Source: an uncultured Thermotogaceae bacterium (lineage in GTDB: Bacteria > Thermotogota > Thermotogae > MWEM01). From it: a DNA stretch of 64,000 nucleotides. The DNA lies in assembly GCA_964462525.1 (NCBI GenBank), contig CAYWWY010000001.1:183074-247073 (forward strand). Direction: 5' to 3'. The translations under genes and the position numbers were made by a program. Of this stretch, positions 37,793-51,862 are shown piece by piece; position 1 is the first letter of the stretch, and each line of letters starts with the position of its first letter. The notes beneath the pieces are model-generated. The model worked only from the letters and a program-made list of their open reading frames with translations, was not told where the DNA came from and searched no databases.

Positions 37793-39205
37793 ATGAGACG
37801 AACAAAGATCGTTTGTACAATTGGAAACGTCACGGAAAAAGAGTCGATAATCGAATCCCTAGTTCAAGCAGGGATGAATGTTGCTCGGCTAAACACTTCT
37901 CATGGAAAGCCCGAAATGCATATTCAATTGATCCATCGGTTAAAAAAAATACGAGAACGGATGCGCCAACCTTTAGCGATTCTGCTCGATTTGGAAGGTC
38001 CGAAGATACGAACCGGTCAGTTCTGCGCGGATGAAATCCAATTGGAAGAAGGGCAGGAATTCGTGCTAACTTCTGACGAGATCTTGGGAAACGATCAATA
38101 CGCATCGATTAGCTATGCCAATCTCCCGAAAGAAGTCAAATCAGGAGATTTGATCCTCGTCAATGATGGTTTGGTTGGTTTGAAAGTGCTCGAAACAAAC
38201 GAGACTCAGATTAAAACCAGGGTTTTAAACTCTGGCGTCATTTCCCACAGAAAAGGGATCAACGTACCTGGTGTTGATATCGGATTGCCTCCGATTACAG
38301 ATAAAGACCTCGAGTATTTGAAGATCGCAGTTGAAGAAGGAATCGATTTTATCGCGCAATCCTTTGTTCGAAAACCTGAGGATGTAGAAGAAACAAGAGA
38401 CCATTTGCGAAGGATGGACTCGGTTATTCCCATCATCTCGAAAATTGAAACCAGTCAAGCTATGGCTTATCTTCAAAGCATCATATACAAAAGTGATGGC
38501 ATTATGGTTGCACGAGGAGATTTAGGAGTAGAGATTCCAACGGAAGATGTTCCAATCGCCCAAAAAAGGATAATTAAAATGTGCAACGCCCAAAGCAAAC
38601 CAGTGATTACTGCAACCCAGATGCTTGAATCGATGATTGTCAATCCTCGTCCCACTCGGGCAGAAGCCACAGATATCGCCAATGCCATTTTGGATGGAAC
38701 AGACGCCATTATGCTCTCCGGAGAAACCGCCATTGGAAAGTATCCTGTAGAAGCAGTAGGAGTAATGCACCGGATCGCGCAACGAACCGAAACCGTGCAA
38801 GCTGACCTCGGATCCAAGGCATGGAAGGATCTTCCCCTTATGGAGAATTCGGGAGAAGCGATTGCAAAAGCTTGCGTGCAGATTAGCGAACAGCTCAACG
38901 TTGGGGTTATTGTTGCGTCAACAAGCAGTGGAAGCACTGCTCGGAGGATATCAAAATACCGTCCCAAAGCCTTGATCATCGCGACAACCCCTAATGAACA
39001 GACATTTCAACGAATGGCCTTGGTCTGGGGAACAATACCTGTATTGATTCAAAAAACCATGGGTACAGATGAAATGATTGAGTTATCCGTTGAGAAAACT
39101 TTAGAGAGGGGAATCGCTCGAAAAGGAGATCTAATTATTATAACGGCAGGAATTCCGTGGGGAATTCCCGGGACGACAAACATGCTGAAGATACACCAAT
39201 GCTAA
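37793..39205 (+). CDS. pyk: Pyruvate kinase.
   Basis: MRRTKIVCTIGNVTEKESIIE...NTSHG...MVARGDLG.... Confidence 0.9.
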   Translation: MRRTKIVCTIGNVTEKESIIESLVQAGMNVARLNTSHGKPEMHIQLIHRLKKIRERMRQPLAILLDLEGPKIRTGQFCADEIQLEEGQEFVLTSDEILGNDQYASISYANLPKEVKSGDLILVNDGLVGLKVLETNETQIKTRVLNSGVISHRKGINVPGVDIGLPPITDKDLEYLKIAVEEGIDFIAQSFVRKPEDVEETRDHLRRMDSVIPIISKIETSQAMAYLQSIIYKSDGIMVARGDLGVEIPTEDVPIAQKRIIKMCNAQSKPVITATQMLESMIVNPRPTRAEATDIANAILDGTDAIMLSGETAIGKYPVEAVGVMHRIAQRTETVQADLGSKAWKDLPLMENSGEAIAKACVQISEQLNVGVIVASTSSGSTARRISKYRPKALIIATTPNEQTFQRMALVWGTIPVLIQKTMGTDEMIELSVEKTLERGIARKGDLIIITAGIPWGIPGTTNMLKIHQC

Positions 39206-40407
39206 AAGTCACCCTTTTTTTTATGTTTTTTTTCAGCCTACCATGTTTGTTTATTGGCAATTCCGTGCGGTTTGTCCTCCATTACGATCCCGTATTGAGC
39301 TCTTCTTTTCAGTCAATTGCACGTGATATGACCGATGCGATCCAGAAACATCTCATTTCTGAAGGATATGCGATCCGCACCCCTGCTGATTATTCACTCA
39401 CCATACGTTTTTGCTCCGAAGGATCAGAACTATTCCGATTGGATATTGAATTGGATGGGAAAAAGGGCAACTCATATTTTCTGAAATCCGGCGAACGCTG
39501 GGAACCAATTGCGTATCGAGCCGCAATGACTCTTCTGGAAATACTCGTATTGGAAGGAGTGCTCAATCATCGGATTGAAGCGGATACTCGCTTCACGCAT
39601 TTCCTCTCCAGTTATGAATACGCAAGTTTTTCGCAAGATGGAAGGTTCTTCACCTATATCTCCGACAAACTTACAGGGAATACCAACCCAATCGTTATCA
39701 ACTTGGAAACCATGGAGGAATCGATTTATGTATTGCCCGAAGCAAGCGAAATTTTCCCTTTGGTTATTGGTTCTTTGAAAAACGAAAAAGGCCCGTGGTT
39801 GATCTTTATTCAAAGTGGAGCAACTCAGTGGAAGCTTCGCGCCTTAGCAGTTTCGAAGCTAACCGGTATTCTCTCTGTTCAAGGATCAGAACTGATCACC
39901 CTAGATTACGGTGACATCCATTCCCCCTGTGTTGATCAAGATTATTTGTATTACATTCGTGACGGCAAGATCATTCAGATGCACCTGGACTCCATGAAAA
40001 GATGGATCCTTCATCCTCCTGTTCCTTATGGATTCCCTCAATCAATCGATGTTCGAGATGGGATCGCTATTCTCTCTTTACTCATGGGATCCCATTACAA
40101 TCTGTTTTCTTGGGATCTATCCACCAATCAATGGACTTCGCTTTCACAAACCGATTTTAACGAAGTCGATGTTCGATGGTCTTTTGAGTCGCCATTTTTT
40201 GTATACAGTGCCAATCCAACAGGAGTCTATGACCTTTTTATCCGGACGGTAGAGGACGATAAACCTCAAAGACTCGATACCGATTCCGGCGATCAATTTT
40301 ACCCTTTTTTCTCGCCATCTGATCGATTTGTGGGCTTTTCTTCATATACTACGAACCAAAAACCTGAGTTGTTCTTGATTCCGCTCCCGATTAAGGAATC
40401 CCCTTGA
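39199..40407 (+). CDS. Secreted protein with a TolB-like beta-propeller C-terminal region.
   Basis: Signal peptide MLKVTLFFMFFFSLPCLF. C-terminal repeats resemble TolB-type blades. Overlaps the pyk stop. Confidence 0.45.
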   Translation: MLKVTLFFMFFFSLPCLFIGNSVRFVLHYDPVLSSSFQSIARDMTDAIQKHLISEGYAIRTPADYSLTIRFCSEGSELFRLDIELDGKKGNSYFLKSGERWEPIAYRAAMTLLEILVLEGVLNHRIEADTRFTHFLSSYEYASFSQDGRFFTYISDKLTGNTNPIVINLETMEESIYVLPEASEIFPLVIGSLKNEKGPWLIFIQSGATQWKLRALAVSKLTGILSVQGSELITLDYGDIHSPCVDQDYLYYIRDGKIIQMHLDSMKRWILHPPVPYGFPQSIDVRDGIAILSLLMGSHYNLFSWDLSTNQWTSLSQTDFNEVDVRWSFESPFFVYSANPTGVYDLFIRTVEDDKPQRLDTDSGDQFYPFFSPSDRFVGFSSYTTNQKPELFLIPLPIKESP

Positions 40408-41267
40408 TGGGGTTCAAAAAAGGATTCGTTACAGATTATGTCGTCCTCTTTCTGGGATGTTTCTTGACTGCGGTGTCAATAGCCCTATTTCTCGTACCCA
40501 ATCGGATTGTAGCAGGTGGAGTAAGTGGCTTAGCAATCGTGGTATATGAGTTGGCCGGTTGGCCAGTGGGAATACAAATGCTTGGATATAATATGGGCTT
40601 GTTTGCTCTGGGATTTTGGATCCTTGGGGCTCGCTTTGGAATTAAAAGCATTGTTTCTTCGATCACCCTATCCCTTTTTGTGGACTTATTCTCATACATT
40701 TTGCCTTTGTCCCCTCCCGATCTTTCTAAGGATCCACTCTTAGCGCCAATTTATGGGGGAGTGATTGCGGGTATAGGGATGGGCTTGGTTTTCTGGAAAG
40801 GGGCTTCCACAGGGGGCACCGACATTATTGCGATGATTATAAAGCGCTTTTCCTCGATTAGCACGGGATTTGGGCTATTAATCGTAGACTCGTTGATCAC
40901 TTTCGTTGCTATGATCATTCTTGGACCGATTATTGTGTTATACGGAATCATTGCTATTTTTGTTACGACGAAAGTTATCGATGGTGTTTTGGAAGGGATT
41001 GAAAATACCCGAAGTGTATGGATTATATCCGACCAATGGGAAGCAATCAAAGAAGAGGTCTTTATGAAGTTGGAACGGGGAGCAACCATAGTTCCCGGCA
41101 TGGGCGCATACACACGAAAAGACCGTCCGGTTCTATGGATTGTAATCCGGAGAAGAGAAATCAGCCTTCTTCGCAGCATTACCCTAAAGCACGATCCTGA
41201 TGCTTTTATGATTGTTCAACAAAACACTGAAGTTTTCGGAGAAGGTTTTAAGCGATTGAAGTTCTAG
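40404..41267 (+). CDS. YitT-family membrane protein (DUF161 plus DUF2179).
   Basis: GGVSGLAIVVYELAGWPVGIQ... and a C-terminal soluble DUF2179-like region. Confidence 0.7.
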   Translation: MMGFKKGFVTDYVVLFLGCFLTAVSIALFLVPNRIVAGGVSGLAIVVYELAGWPVGIQMLGYNMGLFALGFWILGARFGIKSIVSSITLSLFVDLFSYILPLSPPDLSKDPLLAPIYGGVIAGIGMGLVFWKGASTGGTDIIAMIIKRFSSISTGFGLLIVDSLITFVAMIILGPIIVLYGIIAIFVTTKVIDGVLEGIENTRSVWIISDQWEAIKEEVFMKLERGATIVPGMGAYTRKDRPVLWIVIRRREISLLRSITLKHDPDAFMIVQQNTEVFGEGFKRLKF

Positions 41268-41339
41268 ACTATTTCTGGCAAACCCTAAGCCGATCGAGTT
41301 GAAGGATTGAAGCGGCGAGATATCTGTAAGGAGGATAAC

Positions 41340-41780
41340 ATGGACATTCAACAGATTATGGAGATTCTACCTCATCGATACCCCTTTCTTTTTGTAGACC
41401 GGGTGTTGGAAAAAACGGAAAGCACCATTAAAGCTATTAAATGTGTCACGATCAATGAACCATTTTTTCAAGGACATTTCCCTTCTTACCCCATTATGCC
41501 CGGGGTGCTTCTTCTTGAAGGACTTGCCCAAACAGCAGGATTGATGCTCATTCATTGCGATCAGAATTCCACTGATGGAACTCGAGAGCTTCCCTTATAC
41601 CTTGGTATCGAAAAAGCGCGGTTTAAAGAACCGGTTTACCCTGGAGACATAATTATCTACGAAATCACAGCTATCCAGAGAAGGGGAAAGATATCAATCG
41701 TGGATGGTCAAATCGAGAAAGAAGGGAAAAAGGGTTTAGTCGTTACCGCGCAGCTCATTCTTGGAACAAAAGAACTATGA
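41340..41780 (+). CDS. fabZ: 3-hydroxyacyl-ACP dehydratase FabZ.
   Basis: ILPHRYPFLFVDRVLE...GHFP..PIMPGVLLLEGLAQ. ATG 41340 follows AGGAGGATAACA. Confidence 0.85.
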   Translation: MDIQQIMEILPHRYPFLFVDRVLEKTESTIKAIKCVTINEPFFQGHFPSYPIMPGVLLLEGLAQTAGLMLIHCDQNSTDGTRELPLYLGIEKARFKEPVYPGDIIIYEITAIQRRGKISIVDGQIEKEGKKGLVVTAQLILGTKEL

Positions 41781-42703
41781 ACCGAGTGTGTATTTCCCGG
41801 ATGGCTCGATATATACCCAAACGAATGGTAAGTAGTACAGAGATGGAGAAACAATTGGGTTTGGACCCCGAGTGGATCCAGCAAAGAACAGGTATTCTTC
41901 AGCGGTTTTTTTCCGATGAAGAAAACTCGGTAATGGCAAAAAAAGCCGTCCAAGAGCTTTTAGAAATCCATCCAGACGCTTTGGAAGGGATCGATCAAGT
42001 AATTTGTGTCTTCAGCGCATCGGAACAATCCTTTCCTTCGATTTCGGCCTATATACAAGGCGCTTTCAATCTCCGATGCGGTGGTTTTGACATGAACAAC
42101 GGGTGTACTGGGTTTATCAACTCTTTAGAAGTCGTTTCAGCGTTAATCAAAAAGGGGATGTATCAGAAAATCCTCCTTATCACTTCCGAACGGTTTTCCC
42201 CTTTTCTCGAAGAGGAAGACACAGGAACATATATCGTATTTGGAGACGGAAGCACCGCTATGACCATTGAAGAAGATGGGTGGATGGAAATCGGCCTGTC
42301 TTTTAACACTCATAAGTATGACCATGATTTGTCGCTATCATTGAGGAAACCACTTTGGAAAATTCATATGGATGGGTTGCATGTATATCGGTTTGCGGTC
42401 AAAACCTTTGAAGAAATATTTATGCGATGTACGGAGATTGTTGATTTCAACCAGCTTTCCATGATCATTCCCCATCAGTCCAATGCAAGAATTATTGAAA
42501 AGCTTTTTCATACAGCCAGAAGATACACAAAAGCGCAAATATTATCGACGGTATCTCTCCACGGAAATACAGGCGCGAATAGCATCCCTTGGGCGCTAGA
42601 GGAGGTATATCGTTCGAAAATTCCAGTAGAAAACATTCTCTTAATGGCTTATGGATCCGGACTATCTTATGGAATGGCAACCCTGCATCGAATGCCAAGT
42701 TGA
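41777..42703 (+). CDS. fabH: 3-oxoacyl-ACP synthase III (FabH-like KAS III).
   Basis: Catalytic triad context FDMNNGCTGFINSL, IIPHQSNARI and HGNTGANSIPWAL. Confidence 0.75.
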   Translation: MNRVCISRMARYIPKRMVSSTEMEKQLGLDPEWIQQRTGILQRFFSDEENSVMAKKAVQELLEIHPDALEGIDQVICVFSASEQSFPSISAYIQGAFNLRCGGFDMNNGCTGFINSLEVVSALIKKGMYQKILLITSERFSPFLEEEDTGTYIVFGDGSTAMTIEEDGWMEIGLSFNTHKYDHDLSLSLRKPLWKIHMDGLHVYRFAVKTFEEIFMRCTEIVDFNQLSMIIPHQSNARIIEKLFHTARRYTKAQILSTVSLHGNTGANSIPWALEEVYRSKIPVENILLMAYGSGLSYGMATLHRMPS

Positions 42704-42722
42704 AGGCAAGGAGGAAAACGGT

Positions 42723-43694
42723 ATGAACCGAATTTGTTCACTTCTGAAGATTCAATATCCGATCCTACAGGGAGGGATGGCCTGGGTAGGAACTCCAAAT
42801 CTTGCTTCTGCGGTTTCGAATGCAGGAGGGTTGGGTATCATAGGTTCTGGAAGCATGACACCTGACATACTACAAAAGGCGATTCAAAGATGCAAAGCCC
42901 TTACTACTTTTCCTTTTGGAGTCAATTTGATTCTCGTATCCCCATTTATCGATGAACAAGTTGAGGTCGTTTTGAAAGAACAACCGCCAATCGTTACCTT
43001 CGGAGCTGGAAATCCTTCTAGATACATCTCAAGGCTCAAGGAAAAAGAGATTAAAGTGATTCCGGTCGTAGCAAGCGAAGGGATGGCTCGCATGATGGAG
43101 AGAATCAACGCAGACGCTGTTATTGCCGAAGGGATGGAAAGCGGAGGGCACATTGGAGAAGTTTCAACAATGGTATTAGTCCCCCGAATAGTCGATCAAG
43201 TTTCTATTCCAGTTATCGCTGCCGGTGGAATCGTCGATGGCCGAGGAATGGCCGCGGCATTTATCCTTGGCGCGGAAGGAGTACAAATGGGGACGCGTTT
43301 CATTGCTAGTTTCGAATCAGAAGCCCATGAAATCTACAAGAAAAAGATCCTTCGCGGGTCGATCCGCGATACCGAAATAACCGGGTTAAAAATGGGACAT
43401 CCAGCACGCGTTTTGCGGAGTAAAATATGCAAAACCCTTGCAGACATGGAGAATATCGGGAGTCTTGCAGAAGCTGAGGATCTTTTAGTTGGGAGTTTGC
43501 GGAAAGCGTTCATGGATGGCGATCTTGAAGAAGGGTCCTTTATGGCCGGACAGTGCTGCGGACTGATTGATGAAATTAAAACCGTTCAAGGAATCATTGA
43601 AAGCACGTGGTTATTGGGTATGAAACGGTTTCAGGAGTGCTATCAGAAATTTAGTCATCCTGAGAACAAGGAAAAAAAGGAGAAGAAAGAATGA
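42723..43694 (+). CDS. fabK: Enoyl-ACP reductase II (FabK, NMO/2-nitropropane-dioxygenase fold).
   Basis: MNRICSLLKIQYPILQGGMAWVGTPNLASAVSNAGGLGIIG. ATG 42723 follows AAGGAGGAAAACGG. Confidence 0.8.
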   Translation: MNRICSLLKIQYPILQGGMAWVGTPNLASAVSNAGGLGIIGSGSMTPDILQKAIQRCKALTTFPFGVNLILVSPFIDEQVEVVLKEQPPIVTFGAGNPSRYISRLKEKEIKVIPVVASEGMARMMERINADAVIAEGMESGGHIGEVSTMVLVPRIVDQVSIPVIAAGGIVDGRGMAAAFILGAEGVQMGTRFIASFESEAHEIYKKKILRGSIRDTEITGLKMGHPARVLRSKICKTLADMENIGSLAEAEDLLVGSLRKAFMDGDLEEGSFMAGQCCGLIDEIKTVQGIIESTWLLGMKRFQECYQKFSHPENKEKKEKKE

Positions 43695-44605
43695 AAACAG
43701 CTGTCTTTTGCGGTCAGGGATCGCAAAAACTAGGAATGGGAAATGAACTTTACTACCACGTTTCCCGTTGTCGATCGATTATGGATGAATCTGAACGAAT
43801 TCTAGGATACAGCTTGAAAGCAATTGTTTTTGGGGATGATCCCGAAATACTGACCGATACTTCACATGCTCAACCAGCCCTATTTATCACTGGGTTAATG
43901 TATGCTGCCGCACTGGAAGAAAAAGGGTATCGATTTAGAGCTTGCGCCGGTCATAGCCTTGGTGAATACACAGCGTTAGTCTTTGCGAAATCTCTTTCCT
44001 TCGAAGAAGGCCTTCAACTGGTTCAAAAGAGGGGATGCGCAATGAAAAAGGCAGCCGATGGAACAGGAAGCATGGCAGCAGTGATCGGATTCACACCCGA
44101 GGAACTAGATTCGATTCTTGTATCCTACCCGAAAGTACAAATTGCCAATATTAACTCAGATGATCAAATCGTGATCAGCGGAGAAAAAAACGAGCTACAA
44201 AGTGCTTACCAAGCCATTAAATCCATCAACATTCCTGGAAGACGAGTCCGAGTCATTCCTTTGAAGGTAAGCGGGCCTTTTCACTCCAGAATGATGAAAA
44301 CAGCTCAAGCAGAAATGAGGCCGTATCTTCAAAACGCAACCGTACAGAAGCCTCAAATACCTGTAGTTATGAATGTGAGCGGAAATCCGGAGGAGGAACC
44401 AAATTGCATCCGAGAACTGCTAATCCGTCAGATCGTTGAACCGGTACAATGGGTAAAGACACTTCATTCGCTTGCTGCGCTAGGGTCTTTTGAGAATATT
44501 GAAATAGGACCGGGGAATACTTTGACGGGGCTTTCAAAAAAAACCCAAGGCGCTCCCAACACGATCGAATCCGATATTCTTCTAGCCCCCACTGGTATGG
44601 TATAA
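43691..44605 (+). CDS. fabD: Malonyl-CoA:ACP transacylase FabD.
   Basis: VFCGQGSQKLGMG...GHSLGEYTAL. Confidence 0.85.
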   Translation: MKTAVFCGQGSQKLGMGNELYYHVSRCRSIMDESERILGYSLKAIVFGDDPEILTDTSHAQPALFITGLMYAAALEEKGYRFRACAGHSLGEYTALVFAKSLSFEEGLQLVQKRGCAMKKAADGTGSMAAVIGFTPEELDSILVSYPKVQIANINSDDQIVISGEKNELQSAYQAIKSINIPGRRVRVIPLKVSGPFHSRMMKTAQAEMRPYLQNATVQKPQIPVVMNVSGNPEEEPNCIRELLIRQIVEPVQWVKTLHSLAALGSFENIEIGPGNTLTGLSKKTQGAPNTIESDILLAPTGMV

Positions 44606-44640
44606 TCACACAAGATGAACGAATATTCGGGGGTGAGACC

Positions 44641-45144
44641 GTGGACAGCCAGCAGTGGTTGGAATTTAGCCAACAGTGTATGGACGATCTTCAGAAAGGA
44701 AGGATCATCATTACCAGTGTCGATGCGCGTGGCAAACCAAACGGAATGACTGTAGCTTGGGGATTTTTCGGGTTCATGTGGAATGAACCCTATTTTATCA
44801 GTGCCGTTCGTCCGCAACGGTATACGTGGCGATTGATAAAAGAAACTGGGCGATTCTGTGTGAATTGCTTTTCTGATGTGTACCAGGAAGCATTGCGTTT
44901 TTTCGGAACTGAATCAGGATACAATCTAGACAAGTTTCAAACTGGGAGCCTCCATCTTGACAAGGTACCAGGTTTTACCGCTCCCATTCAGGAAGCCCAC
45001 ACGCTTTTTGAGTGCGCTGTTGTTACGACCACACAAATCCAACCATTTGAACTCCCTTTTGACTATATCGAAAAGAATTATCGCGCTGATAATGGATATC
45101 ATACGCTCTTTTTTGGTCGACTTGAAAATGCGTACCACCGATAG
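44641..45144 (+). CDS. Flavin reductase-like protein (FMN-binding split-barrel).
   Basis: RIIITSVDARGKPNGMTVAWGFFGFMWNEPYFISAVRP. GTG start after GGGGGTGAG. Confidence 0.65.
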   Translation: MDSQQWLEFSQQCMDDLQKGRIIITSVDARGKPNGMTVAWGFFGFMWNEPYFISAVRPQRYTWRLIKETGRFCVNCFSDVYQEALRFFGTESGYNLDKFQTGSLHLDKVPGFTAPIQEAHTLFECAVVTTTQIQPFELPFDYIEKNYRADNGYHTLFFGRLENAYHR

Positions 45145-45739
45145 GATTTTGGAACTAAGACAAATGAACGGAGATCCAAAGGTCGAACCGCGGATTATTA
45201 TGATGGAAGACGGGGGAGAAGTTACAGTTCGTGAGGCCAATGAAAACGATGCCCGCGAGATTCTTGAATACCTTCACCGTAACGCAGATCGATTTCCTTT
45301 CATGATCAATACTGCTGATGAACTGGAAAAAAACCCAACGACCGAAATCCGTTTCATTCAAGCGCACCACCGATCCGAAAACTGCATAATGATTGTCGCA
45401 ACCCACAGAATGAGGATCATTGGCCTTCTTAATTGCCTTGGAGGGCAAAAGAGAAGAACAAAACACGATGCAGAGTTTGGGCTCTCTGTTGATGCGGACT
45501 ATTTCCGCAAAGGGGTTGGTTCAGCGATGATGGATACTCTTATGCATTGGGCCAAGAATCAATCGCCTTTGGAACGGTTAACTCTGATGGTGATGCACGA
45601 TAATTGTGGCGCGATTGCTTTATACAAACGCTACGGGTTTATTCAGGAAGGGATCCGACATAGCGCTGTTAAGATAGATGATGCTCATTATCAGAATTTG
45701 ATCATCATGGCTCGGTGGTTGAGGCGCAAGGAGGGTTAA
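45128..45739 (+). CDS. GNAT-family N-acetyltransferase.
   Basis: Acetyl-CoA-binding block FGLSVDADYFRKGVGSAMMDTL...HDNCGAIALYKRYGF. The start is uncertain (ATG 45128 or 45163); the ORF-track start at 44957 would overlap the previous gene by ~190 nt. Confidence 0.6.
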   Translation: MRTTDRILELRQMNGDPKVEPRIIMMEDGGEVTVREANENDAREILEYLHRNADRFPFMINTADELEKNPTTEIRFIQAHHRSENCIMIVATHRMRIIGLLNCLGGQKRRTKHDAEFGLSVDADYFRKGVGSAMMDTLMHWAKNQSPLERLTLMVMHDNCGAIALYKRYGFIQEGIRHSAVKIDDAHYQNLIIMARWLRRKEG

Positions 45740-46689
45740 TGGATCGAAGGCAGGGAGTTGTCGCTCGGTTTCATTCGAACTTAGTTGATATCCGCGATAT
45801 GGCAACTGAACAACGGTACCTTTGCTCACTTCGTGGAAGGTTCCGACTCCAAAACATTCGTCCGATTGTTGGTGATGTTGTAGAATACTCTCTTCAAGAT
45901 GACCATCACGGAAGGATTGAAAACATACTCCCGCGTAACAACCTTCTTACTCGGCCCAACATCGCCAACCTGGATCATGTCCTGCTTGTTGTCACGTACC
46001 GTTACCCCGGTTTTTCCCCTTTGATCCTCGATAAGTTCCTTGCGCAAACAGAAAAAGAGGCTGTTGATACCTCTTTGGTGATTAATAAGGTAGACTTGCT
46101 CACCAAAACAGAACTGGAGAGTATGCGGGGACTATCCAAATACTATGAACAATACTATCCTGTCATCGAAACGAGTGCAAAGACAGGGCTAGGGATTTTG
46201 GATGTTCAACGGATTATGGCAGGGAAAATCTCAACCATGGCAGGTATGTCCGGTGTCGGAAAGAGTACGTTGCTAAATGCAATAAGACCGGGATTGAAAC
46301 TCCGGACAAATGAGCTATCTGTCGCTCTCGAAAGAGGCGTACACACCACTACATACACGGAACTGATTCAATTGGGTCCAAGGACTTTTATTGCCGATAC
46401 GCCTGGTTTTGCCCAATTGGAGCTGACAGATACCAAACCCCAACAAATTCGGTTTTTCTTTCCGGAGCTGATTGAAACAGGACAAAAATGCTTGTTCTCA
46501 GATTGCCTTCATCTTGATGAGACCGGTTGCGCGGTTCAAGAACATGTAAAAGCTGGAATTATCCTTAATTCCCGGTTTGAGAGTTATCAGATGATGGTGG
46601 AGGAAGCCCGAAACTTTCATATGCAGAAACTGAAAAAGGAACGGAACCGAAAATCCGATAAATCACAGAAGATTGGAGGCAAACCATGA
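45739..46689 (+). CDS. rsgA: Ribosome small-subunit-dependent GTPase A (RsgA/YjeQ).
   Basis: OB-fold N-terminus, circularly permuted GTPase (NKVDLL ... MAGMSGVGKSTLLNAI) and a C-terminal zinc motif CLHLDETGC. The ATG overlaps the GNAT stop (TAATG). Confidence 0.8.
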   Translation: MDRRQGVVARFHSNLVDIRDMATEQRYLCSLRGRFRLQNIRPIVGDVVEYSLQDDHHGRIENILPRNNLLTRPNIANLDHVLLVVTYRYPGFSPLILDKFLAQTEKEAVDTSLVINKVDLLTKTELESMRGLSKYYEQYYPVIETSAKTGLGILDVQRIMAGKISTMAGMSGVGKSTLLNAIRPGLKLRTNELSVALERGVHTTTYTELIQLGPRTFIADTPGFAQLELTDTKPQQIRFFFPELIETGQKCLFSDCLHLDETGCAVQEHVKAGIILNSRFESYQMMVEEARNFHMQKLKKERNRKSDKSQKIGGKP

Positions 46690-47338
46690 TTCGATTATCT
46701 CCTTCCATTCTAGCAGCAGACTTCGCAAACCTTCAGTCTGACATTCAGAAAGTGCAAAGCGAAGTGGATCTGATTCATGTTGATGTAATGGACGGTCATT
46801 TTGTTCCTAATATTACAATAGGAGTCCCAGTCGTTCAAGCGCTGCACAGAATCACAGAGCTGCCTTTAGATGTTCATCTCATGATCAGTCAGCCGGATCC
46901 TTTTATTGCAAAATTTGCAGAAGCTGGCTCATCCATCCTCACGATTCACTATGAAGCTTGTGTCCACCTGCATCGTTCCATTGAACAGATTCGGAGTTTG
47001 GGTGTCTCTCCTTGGGTTTCTATCAATCCACATACACCGGTTATGCTATTAGAAGAGATAATTCCATGGGTTGATGGAATCTTGGTAATGGGAGTGAATC
47101 CTGGTTTCACCGCTCAGAAGTTTATCTCTTCAACACTTCGAAAAGTACAGGAAGTTCGATCCCTTTCCGAACGGATTCATCCTTCCCTTGATATTTCAGT
47201 CGATGGAGGAGTATGTTTGGACAATGCGCGAGCTCTTGTCGAGCACGGAGCAACTGTGCTGGTCGCAGGGGCAGCAATATTTCACCAACCGGATCCCGCG
47301 TTGGCATCCAGAACTCTTAGACAACACGCCAACGGGGA

Positions 47339-47351
<13 letters not shown>
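46686..47351 (+). CDS. rpe: Ribulose-phosphate 3-epimerase.
   Basis: LSPSILAADFANLQSDI...DVMDGHFVPNIT. Confidence 0.9.
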
Positions 47352-51554
<4,203 letters not shown>

Positions 51555-51814
51555 TCGGACCTCTTACCAATCCGTTTTAAAACTCCATATGGGCAATCCC
51601 ATTCTTACACTCTTGTTTAAGGAACTGAATCTGCTGAAGCATGCTCCTTTCAAAAAACGAATAAAAAAGCCCTCTAAGGAAACATAGGTGATTGGATTGC
51701 CCGCATTCGACTTGTTTTCTTTGATATAGATCCAATCCTGGAATACCTTAAGGAGTAAACCCCCTATTTTACACAACTGTCACTTCAATAGTTAGCAATA
51801 GCGGATTGACAAGG

Positions 51815-51822
51815 TGTATAAT
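51815..51822 (+). promoter_or_regulatory. Extended -10 (TGTATAAT) upstream of tldD.
   Basis: gacaaggTGTATAATcc lies 40 nt before ATG 51863. The RBS GGAACGGGAGGTG precedes the ATG. Confidence 0.4.
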
Positions 51823-51862
51823 CCATATGGCATACTTGAATAAAAGGAACGGGAGGTGTGCG

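Noticed and set aside
51806-51822. TTGACA adjacent to TATAAT as a canonical sigma-70 promoter for tldD.
   Set aside because: The spacer is only 5 nt, so TTGACA cannot be the -35. Only the extended -10 was retained, at low confidence.
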